Source: Candidatus Latescibacterota bacterium (lineage in GTDB: Bacteria; Latescibacterota; UBA2968; GCA-2709665). From it: 64,000 nt of DNA. The translations under genes were made by a program, and so were the position numbers. Positions 20,236 to 30,644 of this stretch are shown in pieces. The stretch lies in assembly GCA_965205485.1 (NCBI GenBank), contig OZ242180.1:768001-832000 (forward strand), written 5' to 3'. The notes under the pieces were generated by a model, which saw only the letters and a program-made list of their open reading frames with translations, made no database searches and was not told the origin of the DNA. The first letter of the stretch is position 1, and each line of letters opens with the position of its first letter.

Positions 20236-22170
20236 CTACACGTACTGCTCCAGCCACGACACCATCCTGTCCAGGTATTCCACGTGCAGCGCCGGGTGGC
20301 CGCTCCTCCTGAAGCCATGAGACGACTTTGGAAAGCGCACAAACTCCGCGGTCTTCCCCTGCCGCTTCAGCGCGACGAAGAACTGCTCGGCCTGCTCAAT
20401 CGGACATCGGTAGTCTTCCTCGCCGTGCATCAGCAACACCGGAGTACGCACCTCCGGCGCATAGGTCAGCGGCGACCGTCTCACCAGCGCTTCCACGTTC
20501 TCCAACACCGAACCACGCCACTGATTCTCGCCGAACGAAACCCCGACATCCGACGTTCCGTACATACTGTGCAAATTGATGCACGGCGCGCCGATCACCG
20601 CCGCCTTGAAACGGTGGTCGTGACCGACAATCCAGCTGCTCATAAAGCCGCCGTAGCTGTATCCGTGGACCCCCAGACGATCCGAATCCACGTAGGGCCG
20701 TTCGCAAAGCAGGTCGACGCCCGCCATCAGATCCAGGAAATCTTCCCCGCCCCAGTCCGCCAGCACCGCCTTCAGAAATCCCGGTCCGTATGACGAGGAT
20801 CCCCTTGGATTCACAGCGAGAACGATATACCCCGCGCCTGCCAGAATCTGATGGGTGACGTCGTAAGAGTCCGAAAATCGCCCGTGAGGCCCACCGTGGA
20901 TATCCAGCACCAGCGGATAGGACCTCGCCTCAGTGAAATCGCAGGGAAACAGCACCCGCGCCTCAATCGCCTCGCCTTTTCGCTTGAACACGAGCTTCTC
21001 CATGCGTCCAGCCGGATGGGCCTCCAAAAACCCGGCGTTCACGGCCGTTACCGCCCGCTGCCGCTTCGCAGCCACTTCCAGCACCGCCACGTCGCACGGA
21101 CAGTCCGGTGACGACATCACCACAGCCGCCTTCGCGGCGCCGCGGTCAACCGACAGGCCGGTGAACTCCCGCCCGCCGCCGTCCAGAACCTGCGTCCGCC
21201 CGGCGGACCCACTGCAATTCACCTCGCACAGGAACGACTCGCCATTCCTGTCACCGATGAACAATATCCCGCCGCCCGTCGTCCAGCACCGTGACGCAAG
21301 AGGTTGTACAACGGTATATTCATCACCCGCCACGCACACCGGCTTCCCGGTCTCATCCAGTACGTACAGCCACGACTGCCTCGAATCCCACACGTCCGGG
21401 TCGTGAGAGCCTGCAACTGCCAGGCGTTTGCCATCCGGTGACCAACCTACGGATTCCGCACGACTCAGTCCCGCCGACCAGCAACACGACGTCCGGGTGG
21501 CCAACTCCAATACATGCACCTCGAAACCCAGAACAAAGTCACGCGCCTCTATGCAGTCGGTCACGAACGCAATTCGGCTTCCATCCGGAGACCACACCGG
21601 CGCCCCGTGATTTCCCTCCCCGTCCGTTATCTGTTCCGCGGTGCCGGTCGCGGCATCCACCAGGAACAACTGCGTAAAGGCATCACCCCTCCAGCCGTCG
21701 CCGTCATCACGGTATCGCACGCGACGAGCGACCCGTGTCCTCGGCATCGTGTCTTCATCGTGATCGTCGGGAGCGCGATCCGGGTCCACCCGTGAGACAA
21801 CGACGAATTCCATTCCATCGGGCGACCACGCCAGGTCCTTCACCCCGTCCGGAAGCGTCGTCAACTGGCTCGCGCCGTTGCCACCGACCTGCGTCATCCA
21901 GACCTGCCTCCTGTCGTCCTCTCCTGAACGTAAAAAGGCCAGCGTCTTCCCGTCTGCCGATAGCCTTGGCGCCCCGTCCCGCGGACCCTCCGTCACATCG
22001 ACGGCTGTACCGCCCGCAAGCGATTGCATCACGATTCGGGACTCCCGCTTTATCGTCTTCCTGTTGATCTCCTGACGCACGAAAACAACGGCGGAACCGT
22101 CCCCCGCAATCTCCACGTCCGATACGTCAACAAGGTCGTAAGTGTGCTCAGGTTTAATTGGTGACGACAT
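20236..22170 (-). CDS. S9 family peptidase (acylaminoacyl/dipeptidyl peptidase)
   Basis: WSPDG (PD40) repeats, HGGP, GYSYGG nucleophile, HGEEDYRC, H in SHG. Confidence 0.93.
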   Translation of the reverse strand: MSSPIKPEHTYDLVDVSDVEIAGDGSAVVFVRQEINRKTIKRESRIVMQSLAGGTAVDVTEGPRDGAPRLSADGKTLAFLRSGEDDRRQVWMTQVGGNGASQLTTLPDGVKDLAWSPDGMEFVVVSRVDPDRAPDDHDEDTMPRTRVARRVRYRDDGDGWRGDAFTQLFLVDAATGTAEQITDGEGNHGAPVWSPDGSRIAFVTDCIEARDFVLGFEVHVLELATRTSCCWSAGLSRAESVGWSPDGKRLAVAGSHDPDVWDSRQSWLYVLDETGKPVCVAGDEYTVVQPLASRCWTTGGGILFIGDRNGESFLCEVNCSGSAGRTQVLDGGGREFTGLSVDRGAAKAAVVMSSPDCPCDVAVLEVAAKRQRAVTAVNAGFLEAHPAGRMEKLVFKRKGEAIEARVLFPCDFTEARSYPLVLDIHGGPHGRFSDSYDVTHQILAGAGYIVLAVNPRGSSSYGPGFLKAVLADWGGEDFLDLMAGVDLLCERPYVDSDRLGVHGYSYGGFMSSWIVGHDHRFKAAVIGAPCINLHSMYGTSDVGVSFGENQWRGSVLENVEALVRRSPLTYAPEVRTPVLLMHGEEDYRCPIEQAEQFFVALKRQGKTAEFVRFPKSSHGFRRSGHPALHVEYLDRMVSWLEQYV

Positions 22171-22190
22171 AAGCCTCCCGCAATATCGCG

Positions 22191-23345
22191 TCATTCTTCT
22201 TCCGTGTGACGTCGTGTATACACCCGACCGCCCTTGACGACGGTCACTGGCGCCAGATTCCGCTTACCCGTCCGGACCTCCCCCGTCGAGTCTTCGAGAC
22301 GAAAGTCCCCTTCCCGCAGCTCGAACACCACGGCGTCACCGAACGCTCCCTTCGCCAACGTCCCCACCTCCCCCTCCATCCCGATTATCTTCGAAGGTAC
22401 GGACGTCACGCGCGCAATCGAATCCTCAATCGACAGGCCCAGGTGCAGGAACTTGGTGACCACCGAAGCCAGGTCGTAAACGGGTCCGTTGACATTGTAG
22501 ATGTGCAGGTCCGATGAAATCGTTGTGGGAAGCACATCCTGCGACAGCGCCTTCTCGACGATTTCCCACGAAAAAGACCCGGCGCCGTGGCCCACGTCGA
22601 ACACGACGCCCCGTTCGATCGCTTCCAGGACCGATTCGCGGACACGACCGTCATCGTCGAGAATCCCGCACGGGTAGTCGTGAAAACAATGCGTCAGAAT
22701 GTCTCCACTTTTCATCACTCCGAGTATATCGTCAATCGAACTGCACCAGGCGTCCTGCGGATGTACCATTATGGGCAGTCCTGCCGCGTCCGCCGCCTCC
22801 CTTGCCCGGTGGAGCGGAATCATACCCGACCGTTCACTGACGATGGTATTCCTCGTCAGCCGGACTTTCACCCCCAGAACGACGTCACGGTGTCGCTCGA
22901 TCATTCGGCATGCCTTGTCCACGTCCGCGTATTCGGGAATCTCGAACTCGCCGATCTCCGCGGTGAGCATACCCTGCGACGAGATATTCATCTGCGCCAG
23001 GATCCGCGTCTCGCTCACGTCGATCACGTATTTGCGGAAACCCGGAAAAATATCGGCGCCCGCGGATCCCGCGTCGACCACCGTCGTCGCGCCTCGAGCC
23101 AGACACGTGGGATCGGGTTCGATGCCATAGTGACTGACGCCGGCGAATACGTGGACGTGAAGATCGATCAGCCCCGGCGTCACCACGCAACCCGAAGCGT
23201 CGATCACCTCGCGGGCGTCGTCCTTATCAAGACACTCGCCGGCGGCGGCAACACGCCCGGCCGCGAACCCCACGTCCCGTACGCCGCTGAGGTTCTCCGC
23301 CGGATCGACCAGCATCCCTCCCTTGATGAGCAGATCGTACTTCAT
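22191..23345 (-). CDS. Amidohydrolase/deacetylase family metallohydrolase (dihydroorotase-like)
   Basis: PGLIDLHVH, DAGSAG, GVKVR, ILTHCF, DVGHG..SF, ISSDLH. Confidence 0.88.
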   Translation of the reverse strand: MKYDLLIKGGMLVDPAENLSGVRDVGFAAGRVAAAGECLDKDDAREVIDASGCVVTPGLIDLHVHVFAGVSHYGIEPDPTCLARGATTVVDAGSAGADIFPGFRKYVIDVSETRILAQMNISSQGMLTAEIGEFEIPEYADVDKACRMIERHRDVVLGVKVRLTRNTIVSERSGMIPLHRAREAADAAGLPIMVHPQDAWCSSIDDILGVMKSGDILTHCFHDYPCGILDDDGRVRESVLEAIERGVVFDVGHGAGSFSWEIVEKALSQDVLPTTISSDLHIYNVNGPVYDLASVVTKFLHLGLSIEDSIARVTSVPSKIIGMEGEVGTLAKGAFGDAVVFELREGDFRLEDSTGEVRTGKRNLAPVTVVKGGRVYTRRHTEEE

Positions 23346-23417
23346 GGCAGGCTCGAATTCCGTGTGAATTTTCCTGCGGTGGGCCGACGCCAGGTGCGTA
23401 CTTGTGGCGTCAACCGG

Positions 23418-24305
23418 TCAAGCGGATACTTCGGGTTCACCCCGATCGGAATAAACGAAATCATAGGTCAACGCATCCCCCACCGGCCAGTAGCCGATAT
23501 TTTGATAGATGCTGTTGGACGTGGGATTCAGCTGATCTGTAAACAGGCTGCAGAACCCATATCCGTCCGAGAGGAGCTTCTTCGTCAGCGACCAGACGCA
23601 CGACGTTGCATATCCCTTATTGCGATGCTCAGCAGGCGTATACACGCCATTGATGGTAATGCCGTTCCTGGTTGCACGTGAGGTCTTCGCCATGGAAACC
23701 GGACCACTGCGGTCCCAGATGTACAGCTGTTCAGTCTGAATGTACCGTTTGGCGGCGCCGGCGGCTGCCTCGGGATCGGTCGGCTCACCGATCTGCTCCG
23801 AGAACTCCGCAGTCCACCTCGCCATCAGTGTGTGATCATCCATGGACGCCAGGCGCATTGTACCCGCGGAAAGGGGCACGTCGGCGACCTCTCTGATTTC
23901 GAAGGCACGCATTCGCATGGCCAGACTGGCTGAACTGCCTGGCACAGCCCCGGTCCACCGATCGGAAAAAACGCGGGCTTCGTCCTCCGGACCGACGACG
24001 CCGGGTACGGAGACCTCGTTCATTTGCAAATGGCGAACCAGTGGAATCACCGCATCCTCAGTCTTCGCCTCGAATCTGCTGAGGATGAGTTTTCTTCCCT
24101 GCGTCAGGATTGCCATCCCGACGGCCCGGCTCCGATCCATGACACTCAGCATCACGGGTGGCTCGACGCCGTAGCGCTTCGGATTTCCGACAAGCCCGTA
24201 CATGAGGCCGAGCGGCAGGTTGTGTTCGCTCTCCCGCAATTCCAGGTACTCGGCGGTTTTGGATATCAGGTCCTCGGCACGGTTATGGGATAAGATCTCG
24301 ATCAT
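23418..24305 (-). CDS. GNAT family N-acetyltransferase (FR47-like C-terminal domain)
   Basis: VYTP.EHRNKGYA, LFTD..NPTSNSIY..IGY. Confidence 0.88.
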   Translation of the reverse strand: MIEILSHNRAEDLISKTAEYLELRESEHNLPLGLMYGLVGNPKRYGVEPPVMLSVMDRSRAVGMAILTQGRKLILSRFEAKTEDAVIPLVRHLQMNEVSVPGVVGPEDEARVFSDRWTGAVPGSSASLAMRMRAFEIREVADVPLSAGTMRLASMDDHTLMARWTAEFSEQIGEPTDPEAAAGAAKRYIQTEQLYIWDRSGPVSMAKTSRATRNGITINGVYTPAEHRNKGYATSCVWSLTKKLLSDGYGFCSLFTDQLNPTSNSIYQNIGYWPVGDALTYDFVYSDRGEPEVSA

Positions 24306-24396
24306 CGCGCTGTCCTTGCGAATTCACAGGCGAATATATGTGGGATTGCGGGCATCTTGAAAGGCGGCGGATATGGCCGAATCGCGTTGCGCGACG

Positions 24397-25011
24397 TTAT
24401 GACAGGATCCGTCGTCTTCTCAGGTGGGTCCTCAACTGCCCTGAATTGCGAAAGTGTATGGACGGCAGGCCAATCGACACTGCACTCCTCACGTTCTGGA
24501 TCCGATCGTCGATAAACAGACACTCGTGAGGACCGTACCCCAGGGAATCGAGAATCTCCGGAAAGACCGACGGGTCGGACTTGGTCTTGCCCAGTTCATA
24601 GGAGTAAAACCGGTCGTTGAACAGGTTCAGGAATGGATGAATCGACCTGATGTATGGAACCCATTCCCGAACGTGGTCCGACAACAGGGCAACATGATAT
24701 GTTTTCACGACCTCGTGAAGAATAACGAGAGAACCCTCGATCCGGACGTGGAAGTTGTCCCTGATCATCCGTTTGAGCGACGCCAGGCCAAGGTCCCAGC
24801 CCGTTCGCTCCAGAATCCCGCCCAGATAGGAATCCTCTGATATTTCCCCTCTCAGGACCTGCATCACCGGTTCTCCCCCAAAGCACTCCAGGAGACCATC
24901 TTCGGAAATGGAGAGCGCTGCCGAGATTCGCTTCTCGATCCCGGGAAGCCCTGCGATGAAAACTTCCGACAGATCGAAGATGATACAACGAGGAGTGTTT
25001 TCGTTTTTCAT
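24397..25011 (-). CDS. HAD-superfamily phosphatase
   Basis: IIFDL, LLSD, KTK.D, FIDD...NV. Confidence 0.82.
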   Translation of the reverse strand: MKNENTPRCIIFDLSEVFIAGLPGIEKRISAALSISEDGLLECFGGEPVMQVLRGEISEDSYLGGILERTGWDLGLASLKRMIRDNFHVRIEGSLVILHEVVKTYHVALLSDHVREWVPYIRSIHPFLNLFNDRFYSYELGKTKSDPSVFPEILDSLGYGPHECLFIDDRIQNVRSAVSIGLPSIHFRNSGQLRTHLRRRRILS

Positions 25012-25012
25012 T

Positions 25013-25813
25013 CTAATCGGCCTCGCCATGCAGCCATCGAAGCCCTCCCGGCCAGCCCTTGTTCGCCATGGTCAGGATCGCGCGATAGTAGTCATTCAAG
25101 CCTGTTACGGTATAGTCATAGGAATCCGAATGCTGCACGCTGTAGTTGGCGATTCCGGCTGATGCAAACTGGGAAGGTCGCATATGCCGGCCTTCAGGAC
25201 CCCCGTACCGCATGACCAGTTCGGCGTCGTTCATCAGGTCCCACGTCGTTGCCGGCAGGCCGTCGGCCATTCGATAGACGATCCCCGAATTCGTGTCGAC
25301 GGCGCCCCAGGTTCCGAGTCGATGGACTTCGACGATAACGTGTCCGCTGTAGGCGGCATTGAGATTGAAGAGATTCACAATTCGGCTGGGGAAGCCGGCA
25401 ATCTGATACAGCGTGCAGCCCACGCGCGCCACGTCGGTACACCAGTCCGTGCCCCTCGCGATGATCTCCTCTTCCGTTCCTCCGAATTCCAGATCGGCCA
25501 ACTCGTCAGGGGCATCCTCGTGATCCAGGCCCAGAGTGAGTTCAGCGATCCGGGCAACCTGCCGTTCCTGATCACCAGTGGGTAATTCAGCCTGCGCGAG
25601 CAACGCTTCCAGTACCGGTCGGGAACCTTCAACATAACCTGTCGTCAGGTCCGTGAAATCCTGGTAAAGGTACGCCTCGGTTTCGCTGCAAAGCCTGATC
25701 ATGCCCGACGCGATCTCGCGATCAACGCTTCCATCCGCGTGAGGGTCGTTGTCGAGCATCACCCAGTATGCCTTGCCGAAGGCCTTCGGGCCTGTAAACG
25801 TATGAAGTTCCAT
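25013..25813 (-). CDS. Transglutaminase-like domain protein
   Basis: C-H-D triad: WCTDVAR, GH...EV, W..VD. Confidence 0.78.
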   Translation of the reverse strand: MELHTFTGPKAFGKAYWVMLDNDPHADGSVDREIASGMIRLCSETEAYLYQDFTDLTTGYVEGSRPVLEALLAQAELPTGDQERQVARIAELTLGLDHEDAPDELADLEFGGTEEEIIARGTDWCTDVARVGCTLYQIAGFPSRIVNLFNLNAAYSGHVIVEVHRLGTWGAVDTNSGIVYRMADGLPATTWDLMNDAELVMRYGGPEGRHMRPSQFASAGIANYSVQHSDSYDYTVTGLNDYYRAILTMANKGWPGGLRWLHGEAD

Positions 25814-25967
25814 TATTGGCAATCAGAAATGCCTGAAGTACCGTTGTAAAACTCCGCCGGGATCGTTATATTCCGCGAGACCGGGCTTCAAGTCGTTTCT
25901 TTGTTTCCGAACACGGATCGCTGTTTTTTCCTTTGTGCCTTCGTGTCTCCGTGTGAGCCGTATTCCA

Positions 25968-26231
25968 ATGACCGATACCCAGCTATTGCAGGAATTCGAA
26001 GCCCTCGCCGAGCGCCTGGACATTCCCGTCACCTACGCGAATCTCGGAGACGGCAACGGCGGCCTGTGCGTCGTGAAAGGCGAGCGACGCTTTATCCTGA
26101 ACCGGAGCGCCGAGGCAAGAACACGAAATGAGATCTTCGCGCGGGAATTCGCGCGGCTGTCCCTTGACGAAGTGTTCATCCGGCCCGTCGTTCGTGAACG
26201 CATCGACGCCCTCAGATCCGCCCGCGAATAA
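25968..26231 (+). CDS. Small hypothetical protein resembling the ImmA/IrrE N-terminal fold but lacking HEXXH
   Basis: LAERL.I.V, GG.C.VKG....ILN, IFAREFA. Confidence 0.7.
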   Translation: MTDTQLLQEFEALAERLDIPVTYANLGDGNGGLCVVKGERRFILNRSAEARTRNEIFAREFARLSLDEVFIRPVVRERIDALRSARE

Positions 26232-26257
26232 TTACCCCCCAACACCACGACTTCCGT

Positions 26258-27229
26258 TTACACGTACCGAATATTCTTCCCGAGCATCGCCACCGCTTCG
26301 CCGGTTGCGACCATCGGCCGTAACGACCGCGCCCAGAAAATGGAATCCTGGGGGGCATAAACCGTTTCGAGTACGCTGCCGAACGGGTCGGTCACGTCCG
26401 CAACGGGATCTCCCTTTTGTAGATGATCGTACAGGGCGGCCCGGTACTCCAGAAAACCGCCCCGGGCGGCGAGGAGCGAAAGAAAGCCGTCCACGACGAT
26501 CTGTCGACGGGGGGTCTGGGCCCGGCCGTCGACAAAACCGTAGTGCTTCAGTATATTTTCCACGCCCGCCACGCCCTTCTCTATGCTGCCCTCATCCCAA
26601 CCGAGACAGCCCCCCAGTTCCGGATCGATCGTCGGAATCCCTTCGTCGGGGGCCGCCCGCGCCAGCTGACCTTCCGGACCCCTGCAGTCCAGAATGTACC
26701 CGATATCAAACACGCGGGCCATTTCCATACACGCCCGATGGATGCGCTTGCGCCGGTCCACTCTCACGCGGACTTCGTCGATCATGGGCCGGACGCCGCC
26801 CTGGTGCAGGTCGATACAGTAGTCCGCCTGTTTCACCGCACGATGGAAGAGCCGATACGCCACCCGCTCGCTCGACGTTCCCTCCTTGCGGCCGGGAAAG
26901 CATCGGTTCATCTTCTTTCCGTCTACGGGATTCAGCGACTCCCCCGCGTGAAAGGCGTGGAAGTTAACGATCAGGGTCGCAATCAACCTGCCCTTCAGAA
27001 CCGCAGGGTCCAGCCGCTTCAGCACGCGCCGGATCACCGCGATTCCGTTCAGTTCGTCGCCGTCACTTGCGGCCTGCATGTACAGCGTCGGCCCCGGCTT
27101 CGCACCGTTCACCAGCACCATAGGGAGGCGCGCCGGGGAGTTATCCTGCATCTCTCCGACCGTCAGGTAGCCATCCCGCCGATGCCCCGGCTCCGCTTCG
27201 ATATGCTCTACCTTGAGAATGTCGCTCAT
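26258..27229 (-). CDS. Succinylglutamate desuccinylase/aspartoacylase (M14) family protein
   Basis: SDGDE, MNRCFPG, IDLH, PELGG, C-terminal biotinyl-like domain. Confidence 0.88.
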   Translation of the reverse strand: MSDILKVEHIEAEPGHRRDGYLTVGEMQDNSPARLPMVLVNGAKPGPTLYMQAASDGDELNGIAVIRRVLKRLDPAVLKGRLIATLIVNFHAFHAGESLNPVDGKKMNRCFPGRKEGTSSERVAYRLFHRAVKQADYCIDLHQGGVRPMIDEVRVRVDRRKRIHRACMEMARVFDIGYILDCRGPEGQLARAAPDEGIPTIDPELGGCLGWDEGSIEKGVAGVENILKHYGFVDGRAQTPRRQIVVDGFLSLLAARGGFLEYRAALYDHLQKGDPVADVTDPFGSVLETVYAPQDSIFWARSLRPMVATGEAVAMLGKNIRYV

Positions 27230-27478
27230 ATCGACCTCAGCGTCGAACTTCGTATGTCCGGATTCAACAATAAACATGCACGGTACCATCGTCTTTTGTC
27301 AACAGAAAAGGGGCCGAAAAGAAGCCGCCGGGTGGACCTACCCCCTAACCCCCTTCCTGAAGGAAGGGGGACGGTGATGGGTCGCCGAAATACGGTGAGA
27401 CGGGGTGTGGTCTTCTACCCTCTCCCGTCTCGCCGAATTATTGTTTTTATATTATCTTTAGCCTATATATTATTTAAT

Positions 27479-27739
27479 ATGTGGACTATCGTCGAACATC
27501 GCAGGATCGGCAGGCAGATCGAATCCATCCCCGCGAAGACCCTGAAACGTTACGAGACGTGGAAGGACGTCACAGCCCTTTCCGGCCCGGATGGCGTCAG
27601 TTCAATCGAGGGTTTTCATGACGAGCCACGTCCGGGAAAGAAGAAAGGACGGCGACAGTCCTGGCTGGACGCCGGTTGGCGCGTTGTCTACAGAATCAGG
27701 AAACGGGAGATCCGCGTGAGAGCCATACGCGGACAGTGA
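27479..27739 (+). CDS. RelE/HigB-like toxin, apparently degenerate
   Basis: GFHDE...G..KG.R.S.L...WRVVYR pattern, directly upstream of an XRE gene. Confidence 0.68.
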   Translation: MWTIVEHRRIGRQIESIPAKTLKRYETWKDVTALSGPDGVSSIEGFHDEPRPGKKKGRRQSWLDAGWRVVYRIRKREIRVRAIRGQ

Positions 27740-27756
27740 TCACGGGAGAAAACGAG

Positions 27757-28017
27757 ATGGGAAAGAATCGCAAGGCGCCGAAGCGCGCGGTTGTCACGGT
27801 CGGGGAGTCGGTCCGCACAATCCGCGAACTTCAGAAACTCAGCCAGAATGAACTCGCCAGGCGCACCGGTATCCCTCAGCCGACAATCTCGGCCATCGAA
27901 AACGGGCGCATCAGGCTTGGCGTCGAGCGCGCAAAGATGCTGGCGCGAGCGCTTATGTGCCATCCGGCCGTCCTGGTGTTCCCGGGCTGGGAGATCGAAG
28001 AGCGTTCCGGCGCCTGA
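27757..28017 (+). CDS. XRE-family HTH antitoxin (HigA-like)
   Basis: IRELQKLSQNELARRTGIPQPTISAIENGR. Confidence 0.88.
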   Translation: MGKNRKAPKRAVVTVGESVRTIRELQKLSQNELARRTGIPQPTISAIENGRIRLGVERAKMLARALMCHPAVLVFPGWEIEERSGA

Positions 28018-28098
28018 TCCGCCTACTTAACTAAGAACCCGGAAAGTGTCGCATGAGCGACCGTGCCCATTTCCGTACCCTTCCGATGGAGGTCTGCC

Positions 28099-29871
28099 AT
28101 GAAGCGGATCGCAATCAAGGTCTTTGCCATTATCGGCGGCGTGGCCACACTGTTCGTCATCGTACTCGCGGCAGTTGTCATCGCACTGATCTACGAGGAT
28201 GAAGAACAGGTCCCGCCGTTGACGGTACTCGAAGTGAACCTTGAACGGAATATTCCCGAGCACGTGCCGCGCGATCCGATTGCCGAAATCCTGTTTCCCG
28301 ACATGGTAACTGTACGGGATCTGGTCGAAGGCCTTCAACGGGCCGCGTCAGACGAGCGCGTCGTTGCGCTTCTGGCAAGGGTAGGGAACAGCGGCATGGG
28401 CCTCGCGCGGCTGCAGGAGGTGCGAGACGCCGTTCACGCCTTCGGCGAAAGCGGAAAGCCGGCGGTCGCTTACGCCGAGACCTTCGGCGAATTCGGCCCG
28501 GGCAATGGCGCCTATTATCTCGCAACGGCATTCGACGAAATCTATCTCCAGCCTTCCGGTGTGGTTGGGCTGACCGGCCTGATCGCCGAGACCCCGTTCA
28601 TTCGCGGAATGCTGGAAAAGCTGGGCATCGTCCCCCGTATGGACCATCGGGATGAGTACAAGAGCGCGAAAAATGTCTACACCGAACGCCAGTACACGCC
28701 CGCCCACAAAGAAGCGACGCAGGCGGTGATGGATTCGCAATTCGATCAACTCGTGCGGGGAATCGCGGACAGGCGCGGCTTGTCTGCGGAAGCTGTCCGC
28801 GATCTGTTCGACCAGGGACCGTTTCTGTCGAAAGATGCGCTGGAAGCCGGGCTGGTGGACGGGCTGGCATATCGGGACGAGATTTACGAACGCGTGAAGG
28901 ACCAGGTCGACGCCGGAGCGAAGTATCTGACGCTGCGAAAATACCTCAAAAGGCTGGAGGAGTCTCACGAACACGCCGAGACCGTTGCGCTGATCTACGG
29001 TGTCGGCGACGTGACGCGTGGCAAGAGCGATTTCGATCCCGGGTCGGGTGCGACCACAATGGGATCGGATACGATTACCAGGGCCTTCCGGAATGCAGTC
29101 AAAGATGACGACGTCAAAGCGATCCTCTTCCGTGTGGACAGCCCCGGCGGGTCCTATGTCGCCTCGGACGCGATATGGCGCGAAACCGTCCGTGCTCGCG
29201 AGGCCGGCAAACCAGTGGTCGTATCCATGGGAGACGTGGCAGGCTCCGGCGGGTACTTCGTGTCCATGGCCGCTGACAAAATCATTGCGCAGCCGGGGAC
29301 GATTACCGGTTCGATAGGCGTGGTGGCGGGCAAGATGCTCACGTCGGGGCTGTGGGAGAAGACCGGGATCTCCTGGGATGAAGTCCACACCAGCGCCCAT
29401 TCGACCATGTGGACGGGCACCAAAGACTACTCGGAGGAAGAATGGACGCTGTTCCAGGAGTGGCTGGACACGGTGTACGAGGATTTCACCGACAAGGTGG
29501 CCGAGGGGCGTTCGCTGCCGAAGGAGCGGGTACTCGACATTGCCAGGGGGCGGATCTGGACCGGGGAAGACGCCAGAAAGCTGGGGCTGCTGGACGAACT
29601 GGGCGGCTACGATACGGCGTTGAAACACGTTCGCGAAACCGCACAGTTGCCGCCCGACGCCGAACTCCGTCTCAAGGTCTTTCCCAGAGCGAAATCCCCC
29701 TGGGAGTATCTCCTGGAACATGGCATTATCCGAAGCAGTGAATCCGCCGTCGCTTCCGCATTCGCAAAGTCCATGCAAGAGCTGCAACCGGTGGTCGCGC
29801 TCGCGAGACGCCTGGGGCTCATCCCTTCGACCGGAGTGTTGACGATGCCGGACATTGGTCCGTTTCGGTAG
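28099..29871 (+). CDS. sppA: Signal peptide peptidase A (protease IV, long form)
   Basis: N-terminal TM, YYLA, YKSA, RVDSPGGS, SMG.VA.SGGY, TITGSIGV, GRIWTG. Confidence 0.93.
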   Translation: MKRIAIKVFAIIGGVATLFVIVLAAVVIALIYEDEEQVPPLTVLEVNLERNIPEHVPRDPIAEILFPDMVTVRDLVEGLQRAASDERVVALLARVGNSGMGLARLQEVRDAVHAFGESGKPAVAYAETFGEFGPGNGAYYLATAFDEIYLQPSGVVGLTGLIAETPFIRGMLEKLGIVPRMDHRDEYKSAKNVYTERQYTPAHKEATQAVMDSQFDQLVRGIADRRGLSAEAVRDLFDQGPFLSKDALEAGLVDGLAYRDEIYERVKDQVDAGAKYLTLRKYLKRLEESHEHAETVALIYGVGDVTRGKSDFDPGSGATTMGSDTITRAFRNAVKDDDVKAILFRVDSPGGSYVASDAIWRETVRAREAGKPVVVSMGDVAGSGGYFVSMAADKIIAQPGTITGSIGVVAGKMLTSGLWEKTGISWDEVHTSAHSTMWTGTKDYSEEEWTLFQEWLDTVYEDFTDKVAEGRSLPKERVLDIARGRIWTGEDARKLGLLDELGGYDTALKHVRETAQLPPDAELRLKVFPRAKSPWEYLLEHGIIRSSESAVASAFAKSMQELQPVVALARRLGLIPSTGVLTMPDIGPFR

Positions 29872-29881
29872 GGTCATTTCC

Positions 29882-30622
29882 ATGACGTCCGGGCAGACCT
29901 ATGACGCCATCGCCGAGCAATACCGCGACTCAAAGCTTCTCCCGTTCCGTCACGCCATCGAGCGCTATACGGTGTTCCAGCTATTGGGCGACCTGCGAGG
30001 GAAGACGGTTCTGGACCATGCCTGCGGCGAGGGGATCTATGCGCGTCAGTTCAAGCGAGCCGGCGCGTCCGAGGTAACAGGGGTTGACGTCTCGCCCGAG
30101 ATGATCGCGCTTGCGGAGGCCGACGAGCGGGCGAACCCGTTGGGCTGCCGGTACGTGTGTGAAGACGCCGCACGGTTCGTGACTGACGAGCCGGTTGACG
30201 TTGTGACCGCCATCTATTTGCTCAACTACGCCCGGACGGATGACGAACTGGCGTCCTTCTGCCGAGCCTGTTTTCGCGCCCTGCGTCCGGGCGGCCGTCT
30301 CGTGGGGTTCAACGACAACGTCCGCAACCCCCCTCTGCACGATCGATCGCTGTCGAAATACGGTCTTGAACGGGCCTGCCGCCACCCGTTGCTCGAAGGC
30401 GACATCATCCGCTATCGGATCACCAACCCCGACGGCCAGGTGTTCGAGTTCGACAACTACTACCTGGCGCCCGCCACCTATGAGCGGACGATGCGAGACA
30501 GCGGATTCGACGACTTTCGCTGGATCGACGCCGCCCTCGACCCCGCCGAGCCCGAGGCGGCTTTCTGGGAAGACTTCCTGGCGCAGAAACCGCTCGTCGC
30601 CTTCACCGCGAGCCGGCGTTAG
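29882..30622 (+). CDS. Class I SAM-dependent methyltransferase
   Basis: VLDHACGEG, GVDVS, YLLNYA, LRPGG. Confidence 0.9.
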   Translation: MTSGQTYDAIAEQYRDSKLLPFRHAIERYTVFQLLGDLRGKTVLDHACGEGIYARQFKRAGASEVTGVDVSPEMIALAEADERANPLGCRYVCEDAARFVTDEPVDVVTAIYLLNYARTDDELASFCRACFRALRPGGRLVGFNDNVRNPPLHDRSLSKYGLERACRHPLLEGDIIRYRITNPDGQVFEFDNYYLAPATYERTMRDSGFDDFRWIDAALDPAEPEAAFWEDFLAQKPLVAFTASRR

Positions 30623-30644
30623 CTACGCAAAGAGAGCGCATGGG

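Noticed and set aside
26423..27478. 438-aa ORF apparently fusing a long N-terminus to the toxin
   Set aside because: The N-terminal part is antisense to the M14 gene; the real start is ATG 27479 after an AT-rich promoter
28348..29883. 511-aa antisense ORF (similar cases at 37688-38857, 22587-23681, 55467-56543 and 62495-63547)
   Set aside because: Shadow ORFs opposite well-supported genes, expected in high-GC DNA, with no motifs
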